This document shows, one piece after another, positions 39,323-47,934 of a stretch of 64,000 nt of DNA (positions are counted from its first letter, which is position 1; every line of letters begins with the position of its first letter). The translations under genes were made by a program, and so were the position numbers. The stretch covers positions 36,631 to 100,630 of the forward strand of contig CAWUKD010000001.1 of assembly GCA_963922815.1 (NCBI GenBank), in the 5' to 3' direction. The notes beneath the pieces are model-generated. The model had not been told where the DNA came from. It searched no databases and saw only the letters and a program-made list of their open reading frames with translations. This DNA is from an uncultured Gammaproteobacteria bacterium (GTDB lineage Bacteria > Pseudomonadota > Gammaproteobacteria > Steroidobacterales > SZUA-146).

Positions 39323-40300
39323 CTAGTCGAGTACGGGCAGCGGCCAGTCTTCGAAATCGCTTTCTGCCACCGCCGCCTCCCCGGATCCATTCGCACTTTG
39401 AAAGCTGATATCGATACTCTGCGGTGACACCAGGTGAATAAACTCTTCCATATGGGGCTGAATGACCGCGTTTTTCTTGAACCCGATCCAGGTTGTGCTG
39501 CGTGGAAATAACCCGGACGCATCCAGTGCCACCAGATCGGACTCCTGCCCGGCGTCGAACGCCATGCTCGCGACAATGCCAACCCCCATACCCATACGCA
39601 CATAGGTTTTAATGACATCGGCATCGCGCGCGGTAAACACCACATCCGGTTTCAGGCTGCGAACATCAAACGCCTGGGTCAACGATGACTCCCGGCCAAA
39701 ACTGAACACGTAGGTCACCAATGGGTAGTCCGCAAGGAGCTCAAGCGTCAGAGGCGTGTCCAGCCGGGCCAGCTCGTGCTCGACCGGCACCAGCACAATC
39801 CGGTCCCACTGAAAACAGGGCACACGCACCAGGTCGCTGAAATGTTCGTCCGAGCCACTCGCCATGGCGAAATCGATTTCGTCGCGCTGAACCAGCTCGG
39901 CGATCTGTTCCGACGTTCCCTGGTGCAGATTCAGTTTGACGTCCGGATAGCGTTCGCGAAAACGAGCAATAATTTCCGGAAGCACGTATCGGGCCTGGGT
40001 ATGCGTCGTCGCGATGGACAACACGCGCTCTTCGTCCCGGTGCTCTGCGGTACGTGACTTGATGCTCTCCACGTGGAACATAACGCGGCGAGCATGCTCA
40101 ATCACTTTTTCGCCGGCGGGCGTTATCCCGGTCAGACTCCGCCCTTTACGATCAAACAGAGGCACACCCAGCTCGTCCTCAAGCAGCTTGATCTGCTTGC
40201 TGACACCGGGCTGCGACGTATACAGCCGCTCCGCAGCGGCTGTGATACTGAGGCGGCTGTCCACCACCGCAAGTAAAAATCTGAGTTGCTGTAATTTCAT
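39323..40300 (-). CDS. cysB: LysR-family regulator CysB
   Basis: MKLQQLRFL..LYTSQPGVSKQIKLLEDELG is collinear with E. coli CysB as recalled. 325 aa. Confidence 0.9.
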   Translation of the reverse strand: MKLQQLRFLLAVVDSRLSITAAAERLYTSQPGVSKQIKLLEDELGVPLFDRKGRSLTGITPAGEKVIEHARRVMFHVESIKSRTAEHRDEERVLSIATTHTQARYVLPEIIARFRERYPDVKLNLHQGTSEQIAELVQRDEIDFAMASGSDEHFSDLVRVPCFQWDRIVLVPVEHELARLDTPLTLELLADYPLVTYVFSFGRESSLTQAFDVRSLKPDVVFTARDADVIKTYVRMGMGVGIVASMAFDAGQESDLVALDASGLFPRSTTWIGFKKNAVIQPHMEEFIHLVSPQSIDISFQSANGSGEAAVAESDFEDWPLPVLD

Positions 40301-40514
40301 ATCCTGATGCTACAGACCGCTCAAGACGGCCATACATTTCGTGCACGGAAAATAAAGTGTCCAAAGACACATCGTCAGGCTCGACGTAATTACATTGCGG
40401 ACAAAAACGCACGAAGGAGTCGTTGCGCTCCCTCTTTAGCGGAATTTTTTACGCGCCCGCAAGCTGAGATCAAATCGGCGCAGTCCTTACTTTAGCGTCG
40501 GTCGTTCACTTGAG

Positions 40515-41954
40515 TCAATTCACGGCAACCGGTTTCAGTTGCAAGGTATTTTCTGACTGCGGCTGAAACCACTGCTGGGTCTTTGCGTACGCGGCAACTT
40601 CACCAATAATCAGCATGGCCGGCGCCTCAATGCGCTCGCGTTTCGCAAGCTCGGCGAGCCCCCGAAGCGTGCCCACCGATACGCGCTGATCAGGCCTCGT
40701 ACCGCGCTCAATGACCGCTACCGGCGTGTCGCCGTGCCGGCCATGCAGCTGAAGCTTTCTCGAGATCTCGCCAAACCGGGACACGCCCATATACAGCGCC
40801 AGCGTTTGCCGGTCACGAGCCAGAGCACGCCAGTCGTGCGTATCCTGGGAGTCTTTGCCATGGCCTGTGATCAGCGACACCGACTGCGCGTGATCACGAT
40901 GGGTCAGGGGTATGCCTGCGTAGGCCGCGCAGGCCGACGCCGCCGTAATCCCGGGAACGATCTGATAGCGCAATCCCTCCGCCTGCAAGGCGGTTACCTC
41001 TTCTCCGCCGCGACCGAACACAAACGGATCACCACCCTTCAGCCGGCACACGCGCTTACCTTCACTAACCAGCCTGATCAGCAGGGCGGTCGTCTGGTCC
41101 TGCACGTGGCTGGCGCAGCCGGTTCCCGGCAACGGCTTGCCGACGTCAATAAACTCGGCGTCACGTCGTGCCATGGCGAGAATCGCATCCGGCACCAGGC
41201 GGTCGTGCAACACAACATCGGCACGATGCAGCAGCTGCTGGGCACGCAGGGTCAGCAAGGACGGATCGCCAGGACCCGCTCCGACCAGCCACGCTTCCCC
41301 TTCTCCGCTTGCTGCCGAATCACGTGCAAAAGCTTCCAGCTGGTGATCCATCGCGTCATCGAGCTGCTGCGGGTGTTGTGTGTGAGCCGCCTCAACATGC
41401 CGCGAAAAAAACGTTTCCCAGAACCGTCGCCTCGCCGTTAGCGACACCAGCCTGAGCTTGACGCGGTCTCGCCAGCGAGCAGCCAGACGGGCAAGCGACG
41501 CGTACCCGTCTGACAGTTCCCGCTCGAGCTTTTCCCTGACCATGCGCGCCAGCACGGGCGCCGAGCCACCGCTTGAAATGGCAATTACCAGAGGCGACCG
41601 GTCGACAATGGCCGGCGTAATGAAACTGGAGTGATCCGGATCGTCAACCGAGTTGCTTAACATCGCGCGTTGTTCAGCGTCCTTAAAAACCTGCGCATTG
41701 ACGTCCGGCGAATTCGTCGCAGCAATGACCAACACGTTACCGGGCAGAAACATCGGTGAATAGACGCCAGGTACGTAGTCAACGAGCGCCGCAGCACTCA
41801 TCGCCTGAACCTGCGGATTAAGCTCTGGTGCTACCACGGTAACGCGGGCGCCAGCCTCCTTCAGAAGGCGGATTTTGCGCAAGGCCACGTCGCCGCCGCC
41901 GACGACAAGACAGCGGCGGCCCGACAGGTTCGCAAACAGGGGAAAATAGTCCAT
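40515..41954 (-). CDS. cysG: Siroheme synthase (precorrin-2 dehydrogenase/ferrochelatase + uroporphyrinogen-III methyltransferase)
   Basis: MDYFPLFANL..RCLVVGGGDVALRK, LVGAGPGDP, RLKGGDPFVFGRGGEE. The ATG at 41954 lies 2 nt after the cysH stop. Confidence 0.92.
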   Translation of the reverse strand: MDYFPLFANLSGRRCLVVGGGDVALRKIRLLKEAGARVTVVAPELNPQVQAMSAAALVDYVPGVYSPMFLPGNVLVIAATNSPDVNAQVFKDAEQRAMLSNSVDDPDHSSFITPAIVDRSPLVIAISSGGSAPVLARMVREKLERELSDGYASLARLAARWRDRVKLRLVSLTARRRFWETFFSRHVEAAHTQHPQQLDDAMDHQLEAFARDSAASGEGEAWLVGAGPGDPSLLTLRAQQLLHRADVVLHDRLVPDAILAMARRDAEFIDVGKPLPGTGCASHVQDQTTALLIRLVSEGKRVCRLKGGDPFVFGRGGEEVTALQAEGLRYQIVPGITAASACAAYAGIPLTHRDHAQSVSLITGHGKDSQDTHDWRALARDRQTLALYMGVSRFGEISRKLQLHGRHGDTPVAVIERGTRPDQRVSVGTLRGLAELAKRERIEAPAMLIIGEVAAYAKTQQWFQPQSENTLQLKPVAVN

Positions 41955-41956
41955 GG

Positions 41957-42742
41957 TCAGGAATCCGCGACCGACTCGAGTTCGTGAATACCGCATTCAC
42001 GTTTCAGGCCGAAGAAACGCGTGTCTTCAACGCGATCCACCTCATGCAGCGAACGCGTGGTGTGCACGTCGCCAATAGACACATAGCCCTGCTCCCACAG
42101 CGGGTGGTACGGCAGGTTGTGACGCTTTAGATAAAGAAAAACGTCTTTGTCCGTCCAGTCGAGGATCGGATGCGCTTTCCACACGCCGCCGCGATATTCC
42201 ACAAACGGCAGTTTGCTTCGGCCATCGGATTGACCACGACGCAAGCCCGCAAACCAGGTACCCGCGTTCAGCTCGCGCAGCGCGCGGCGCATGGGCTCAA
42301 CCTTGTTTTCCGCATTGTACGACTCGATGCCGCTCACACCGTGCGCCCAGCGCTGGCCGCTGCGTGCCTCCTGCCAGGCCGCACTGACCTTCGGGCGAAA
42401 CACCTGCAGATTCAACTCAAGCCGGTCGGTCAGCTCGTCTATGAACTGATACGTTTCAGGAAACAGATACCCGGTATCCAGCAGAATAACGGGTATATCG
42501 GGAACCTGCCGGGTCAGCAGATGCAGGGAAACAGCCGCCTGTGCGCCGAAGCTTGACGACAGCACGTGAACCGATGGCAGGGTTTCGAGCGCCCAGGTTA
42601 CGCGCTGCTCTGCCGTGAGCGCCTGCAGGCATTCGTTAGCTCGGGCAATCGCAACCTGCCGGCTACCCGACTCATCAAGCGTCAGCGCGCCGCAGGGCAA
42701 GGATCGGGGAAAGTTTGAGACGACGGATGCCTGTGCGTTCAT
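41957..42742 (-). CDS. cysH: Phosphoadenosine phosphosulfate (PAPS) reductase type CysH
   Basis: [13 protein letters not shown], and a C-terminal ECGIHE as in E. coli CysH. No CC...CxxC iron-sulfur cysteine cluster of APS reductases is visible. ATGA overlap with the cysI stop. Confidence 0.88.
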   Translation of the reverse strand: MNAQASVVSNFPRSLPCGALTLDESGSRQVAIARANECLQALTAEQRVTWALETLPSVHVLSSSFGAQAAVSLHLLTRQVPDIPVILLDTGYLFPETYQFIDELTDRLELNLQVFRPKVSAAWQEARSGQRWAHGVSGIESYNAENKVEPMRRALRELNAGTWFAGLRRGQSDGRSKLPFVEYRGGVWKAHPILDWTDKDVFLYLKRHNLPYHPLWEQGYVSIGDVHTTRSLHEVDRVEDTRFFGLKRECGIHELESVADS

Positions 42743-44466
42743 ACCGAAGCCTCCTTGAGCACCGTGTGATCGTGAAAATCAACGCCATGCCGGGTTGCGA
42801 CGACCACGCCGGTACGCACGCAAAAATCACCGAACGCTTCGTCCGGATGGCGTTGTTGTGAATAGTCTTTAAACAACGGATCCAGCACCGCGAGAATGCG
42901 AGCCTCGTCAATGTTTTCAGCCACCAGTTTGTTCAGTCGCTCACCGTTGTGACCGCCACCCAGGTACAGGTTGTAGCGACCGGGCGCCTTGCCTACCAAT
43001 CCGATTTCGGCAACAAACGGTCGCGCGCAGCCGTTAGGACACCCGGTCACGCGCATCACGACCGGCTGATCTTCCACGCCATGACTACTCATCAGCGCAT
43101 GCACTTTATTGACCAGATCCGGCAGATACCGCTCTGCGTCAGCCATCGCAAGACCACAGGTCGGTAGTGCGACACACGCCATGGCGTGGGCATGCAGTGC
43201 GGATACCGGCGCATGCAATCGATACTGCTCAAGCAACGCCTCAATGACCGGCTTGTTCGATTCGCTGACGTTGGCAATCACCAGATTCTGATTGGGGCTG
43301 ATGCGAAACTCGCCGTCGTGCACGCGGGCAATGTCTCGCAGTCCGGACTTTAGGAAACGACCACTAGAGTCGGTATCTTTTACCCTTCCGCTGTCGATAA
43401 ACAGCGTGAAGTGATACACACCGTCGGCACCCTGCTCCCAGCCCAGCCGATCGCCCGTTCCTCTGAGCACCACCTTGTGTGCGGGCTCAAATACCCAGCC
43501 CAGTCGCGATTCGACTTCGCGCCTGAACCAGTCGATGCCGTGCGTATCAATGGTGTACTTGAGACGTGCATGTTTGCGATCGGTACGATCTCCATAGTCG
43601 CGCTGAGTCGTTACAACCTGGGTTGCGACGTCCAGCACCTGATCCGGCGTGCAAAAGCCCAGGGTGTCGGCAAGCCTCGGATACGTGGTGACATCACCGT
43701 GCGTGCTGCCCATACCACCGCCTACGGTAACGTTGAACCCGATGAGTCGTTTGTTTTCGACGACTGCGATAAAGCCCAGGTCCTGCGTGTAAATATCCAC
43801 ATCATTTTGCGGCGGAATAACCACCGCGGTTTTGAATTTTCGCGGCAGGTAGGTATCGCCATAAATCGGCTCCACGACTTCTGGCTCATCCGTGATGCGC
43901 TTTCCATCCAGCCAGATCTCGTGATAGGCGTTGGTCTGCGGCGTCAGATGCGCGCTGATTTTGGCAGCCCAGTCATGCACTTCCTGATGGACATCAGACA
44001 AGTACGGATTCGGGCTGCACATGACGTTTCGATTCACATCACCACACGCGGCGATCGTATCCAGCAAGGTCTGATTGATTCCCTGAATCGTCGTTTTCAA
44101 CTGCCGCTTAACGACACCGTGAAACTGAAAGGCCTGACGGGTAGTGAGTCGCAGACTGCTGTTGGCGTGAGCGTCGGCGAGCTGATCGACGGCAAGCCAC
44201 TGCTCGGGGGTGCATACGCCACCCGGCAGGCGAGCGCGAATCATAAAGCTGTAGGCCGGCTCCAGTTTCTGGCGCTTGCGTTCGCTGCGACGATCCCGGT
44301 CATCCTGCTGGTAGATTCCATGAAACTTGGACAGCTGCGTATCGTCCTCGGCAATCGCTCCGGTAATGGCATTGTCCAGACTTTCCGCCAGGGTGCCACG
44401 CAGGTGTCGACTGTGCGTTTTGATGCGCTCAACGTCACTCAGTGCTCTTTTTTCCATGTTAGTCAT
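42739..44466 (-). CDS. cysI: Assimilatory sulfite reductase (NADPH) hemoprotein beta subunit
   Basis: [23 protein letters not shown] and [12 protein letters not shown] (siroheme/4Fe-4S Cys motifs). Confidence 0.93.
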   Translation of the reverse strand: MTNMEKRALSDVERIKTHSRHLRGTLAESLDNAITGAIAEDDTQLSKFHGIYQQDDRDRRSERKRQKLEPAYSFMIRARLPGGVCTPEQWLAVDQLADAHANSSLRLTTRQAFQFHGVVKRQLKTTIQGINQTLLDTIAACGDVNRNVMCSPNPYLSDVHQEVHDWAAKISAHLTPQTNAYHEIWLDGKRITDEPEVVEPIYGDTYLPRKFKTAVVIPPQNDVDIYTQDLGFIAVVENKRLIGFNVTVGGGMGSTHGDVTTYPRLADTLGFCTPDQVLDVATQVVTTQRDYGDRTDRKHARLKYTIDTHGIDWFRREVESRLGWVFEPAHKVVLRGTGDRLGWEQGADGVYHFTLFIDSGRVKDTDSSGRFLKSGLRDIARVHDGEFRISPNQNLVIANVSESNKPVIEALLEQYRLHAPVSALHAHAMACVALPTCGLAMADAERYLPDLVNKVHALMSSHGVEDQPVVMRVTGCPNGCARPFVAEIGLVGKAPGRYNLYLGGGHNGERLNKLVAENIDEARILAVLDPLFKDYSQQRHPDEAFGDFCVRTGVVVATRHGVDFHDHTVLKEASV

Positions 44467-44467
44467 C

Positions 44468-46300
44468 TCAGTAGACGTCGCGCAAATAACGGCGCTCGCG
44501 TTTCATGTTTTTAAGATAGGCGTTCGCCGCTTCTTCACTGTGCCCGCCTTCACTGGCCACGATCGAAACAAGCGCGGCATGTACATCAGGCGCCATTGAA
44601 GTCGCGTCGCCGCACACGTAAATACTTGCCCCGGAAGTCAGCCAGGCATAGATTTCGGCACGGTTCTCCAGCAAGCGGTCCTGTACATAGACCTTGTTGC
44701 TCTGGTCACGTGAGAACGCGACGTCCAGCCGGTCCAGTGCGTGACGTTTCAGATGCTGCTGCCATTCGGTCTGATACAGAAAATCTTCGTCAAACTGCCG
44801 ATCGCCAAAGAACAGCCAGTTGCGACCTTTGCCGGTGCTTTCAGCGCGCCGCTGTACGAACGCACGAAACGGCGCCACGCCGGTGCCCGGCCCGATCATG
44901 ATAATGTCGGTGTCACGACTTTCGGGGAGTCTGAAGCGCGGGTTTTTGTCGATAAACAGCGGCACCCGATCACCTTCTTCGAAGGACTCGATCAGCGCCG
45001 TGGAAGCAACCCCGCTATGCGCGACACCGAATGCGTCGTAGGCCACGTGCGCTACCGTGAGGTGCACTTCGTCAGGATTCGACTCGAGCGACGACGAGAT
45101 GGAGTACACGCGAGGGGTCAGAGGGCGCAGAGTCTCTACAAACGACTGTATTGAACGGGCCTCACTAACAGCGTTAAACGGCCATTTGCGCAGCACATCA
45201 ATCACCTGATAGTCATCCAGCAGAGCCTGCCGTTGCCCGGCGTCATCCAGCGCGGTCGCCAGCTCGTCATAGCCCGTCAGAGCGGCATACTGAGTCAGGA
45301 ATGCACCGCTGTTAAGCGTCAGCTCCAGGCGGTGGGTCAGCGCATCTTCGATAGTCACTGACTCGCCGCCAATGCTAACGAAATCGCCATCTATGCCCAG
45401 GAGGTCCACGACTTCAGCCACCAGTTCGGCCGGGTTTGGGGTGATGACCCCCACGGCGTCACCAGGCTCGTAGTCGAGACCCGAGCCTTCCAGTGACAGT
45501 TCAATATGATGAACCGTCTTGGTCGAACCGCTGCCAGTTATGCGTTGATTGGCCAGCACTTCGGCTTCAAACGGACGGGTTTTCGAATACTGTGGACGAT
45601 TATCCACAACCTGGAGAGGCACGCGCGCTACGGCGTTATCAGCCGAGGCAGAGCCCATTTTGTCAACGGCAATATCAAGCGTTGATTCAAACCATGCCGC
45701 CGCCGGTGCGTCGTAGTCTACGTCGCAGTCGACGCGATCTGACAAACGCGTGCCGCCAAGCGCAGCGAGTCGCTCGTCAAACTCCCTACCCGTCTGGCAA
45801 AACTGTGCATAGCTTGAGTCTCCAAGCGCCAGTACGAAAAAGCCAAGTGCATTGAGATTGGGGGCTCGCTTGCTGTTTATGTACTCGAGCAGCAACTCGG
45901 CATCATCCGGCGCATCGCCTTCGCCGTGAGTGCTGACAATCACCGCCAACCAGCGCTCTTTGGCAATGTCGCGAATGGTAAATTCGGCCATATCAACCAG
46001 CGCAGCGTTAACACCTCGGGCGCTGGCCTGCGCGTACAGCGTTTCGGCCAATGCGCGGCCGTTGCCGGTCTGGGAACCGTACAAAATCGTCAGTGTTTCT
46101 GTTGTTTCTGCAGCAGCCGCACCGTCGACTGCCGCCGGCTGTACGACGCCGCCTGACGCCGAAGCAAGACCGGCAAGATAGCCGCTTGACCAGATAAGCT
46201 GCTCTTTTGACAACCCTTCCGCGGCGCTGTCCAGGCGTTCAGCCTGTTGCCGGTCGAGAGAAAGTGGAACGATAGCTTCGTTAGAAAGTGCCACGCGCAT
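44468..46300 (-). CDS. cysJ: Assimilatory sulfite reductase (NADPH) flavoprotein alpha subunit
   Basis: Flavodoxin-like ILYGSQTGNG, FAD/NADPH part RVYSISSS and MIGPGTGVAPFR, C-terminal RYLRDVY. Confidence 0.93.
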   Translation of the reverse strand: MRVALSNEAIVPLSLDRQQAERLDSAAEGLSKEQLIWSSGYLAGLASASGGVVQPAAVDGAAAAETTETLTILYGSQTGNGRALAETLYAQASARGVNAALVDMAEFTIRDIAKERWLAVIVSTHGEGDAPDDAELLLEYINSKRAPNLNALGFFVLALGDSSYAQFCQTGREFDERLAALGGTRLSDRVDCDVDYDAPAAAWFESTLDIAVDKMGSASADNAVARVPLQVVDNRPQYSKTRPFEAEVLANQRITGSGSTKTVHHIELSLEGSGLDYEPGDAVGVITPNPAELVAEVVDLLGIDGDFVSIGGESVTIEDALTHRLELTLNSGAFLTQYAALTGYDELATALDDAGQRQALLDDYQVIDVLRKWPFNAVSEARSIQSFVETLRPLTPRVYSISSSLESNPDEVHLTVAHVAYDAFGVAHSGVASTALIESFEEGDRVPLFIDKNPRFRLPESRDTDIIMIGPGTGVAPFRAFVQRRAESTGKGRNWLFFGDRQFDEDFLYQTEWQQHLKRHALDRLDVAFSRDQSNKVYVQDRLLENRAEIYAWLTSGASIYVCGDATSMAPDVHAALVSIVASEGGHSEEAANAYLKNMKRERRYLRDVY

Positions 46301-46494
46301 TGCCTGTTTAAATGGGAGATATTTAAACTACGCGATGCCGCGGCAAATCAGAACGAACTTAAATGCACATACTCATAACCAAATGATATGGACGCTCAGC
46401 TACGCACGAGACAGCGAGTTTGTCTGGTCCGCGGCCAACACGTCATCGCGTCGAATGGCTCTCATTAATTAGAGGCTAACGGTTACGCCGAAAA

Positions 46495-47712
46495 CTAATC
46501 GAGCTTGAAGGTCAGACCGGAATGCATTTCGAGACGCTCTATCAGCGTGTCACCCAGTAATGTCGCCGGCGTCCAGAAACCACCGGGAGTTGTCTCAGGC
46601 ACATCCTGTGCTATCGAAGCGGCCGCCTGCCCCAGCATTTTTGCGGTTGAACCATAGCCCGGATCACGGTCACCGGTGACGCGGCCCTTGATGGTGTTAC
46701 CACCCGGCGTGGTGCCTCTGAACAGCAGCACGTATTTTCCCTTCTCCTGCTGTTCTGGCGTCGGACCGCTACCCGGTTTCGGCAAAATATAGTTTTCCAG
46801 CAGCCACCGTACAGGACCAACGGAAGCACCGGCCATAAAGGCACCCAGGCCCCAGAGCATTTTGCGTGCACGACTTTTGCCGGCGTTGCCGCTTCCGGTC
46901 ATCATGGCTTCTTCATAGGTGAAATCATCACCGTAGCTATTGCCACTCAGGGCATTGGACCGATGAACGATCCGCGTGTTAATAGCGGCCATCACAAAAG
47001 GCGCCAGCCAGCTTTCAACGTGATCGTCATATTCCATCTTGATGTTGCGCTGACGAGCTGAAAACCCGTGTCCCGGCGGGCACAGCGAATACGGATCCGT
47101 CATCACCCTGCGCAGTTTCGGATCTTTTCTGACTTCCTTGAAAATATTAATCATACTGGCAATGGTGCCACCCGACGCGCCACCTTTCATTACCGCAACG
47201 CGCATGCGAACGTCATTGCACATTTCACCGAACTGGCTTTGGGCCTGCTGCTGAAGAAAGTGCACGCCAAGATCGGACGGTATCGAATCAAAGCCACAGC
47301 AGTGCACAATCCAGGCACCGGATTTTTTGGCCGCGGCCTCGTAGCGCTCCTGCATTTGCCGGATCCACTGCGTTTCGCCGGTAAGGTCACAGTAGTGCGT
47401 ACCGGATTCGGCGCAGATCTTCAGCAGCGGCTCGCCGTAAAGTGCGTACGGGCCAACGGTTGACACAATTACTTTCGCCCGGGCGCACATGGCCTTTAGC
47501 GCCGCTTCGTCGGTTGCATCGGCAATAATTTCATCAAGATCCGGTGCGTTGAGCTCGGTTTTCAGCTCAGCGAGCTTGCTGTGGGATCGACCCGCCAGCG
47601 CAAACGACAAGGAACCGTCCGCAAAATGTTCGTTCATGTAACGAGCGAGAATCTGACCGACGAAGCTCGTCGCGCCATACACAACGACATCGTACTCTTT
47701 ACTCTTACTCAT
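46495..47712 (-). CDS. Saccharopine-dehydrogenase-family NAD(P)-binding protein
   Basis: MSKSKEYDVVVYGATSFVGQILARY Rossmann N-terminus. The ATG at 47712 has a GGAG upstream. Confidence 0.7.
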   Translation of the reverse strand: MSKSKEYDVVVYGATSFVGQILARYMNEHFADGSLSFALAGRSHSKLAELKTELNAPDLDEIIADATDEAALKAMCARAKVIVSTVGPYALYGEPLLKICAESGTHYCDLTGETQWIRQMQERYEAAAKKSGAWIVHCCGFDSIPSDLGVHFLQQQAQSQFGEMCNDVRMRVAVMKGGASGGTIASMINIFKEVRKDPKLRRVMTDPYSLCPPGHGFSARQRNIKMEYDDHVESWLAPFVMAAINTRIVHRSNALSGNSYGDDFTYEEAMMTGSGNAGKSRARKMLWGLGAFMAGASVGPVRWLLENYILPKPGSGPTPEQQEKGKYVLLFRGTTPGGNTIKGRVTGDRDPGYGSTAKMLGQAAASIAQDVPETTPGGFWTPATLLGDTLIERLEMHSGLTFKLD

Positions 47713-47934
47713 TGAATTCTCTACTCCGAAAGACAGAAAGCCTGTTGAAACCAGCCGCGCATCAGCGACAGGCGGCGCCATTCAAACACCGGAGTATACG
47801 CGTTTCAATAGGCGACGGCCGCACTTACCTGTGCTCGTCCGCGCGCCGGACAGGGCCTGTATACGACCGATCAGCCGCACGGGACTTCAGTTAATTCAAA
47901 CTACTGGACGGAAGTCTTAACCCGCTGGCTACTG

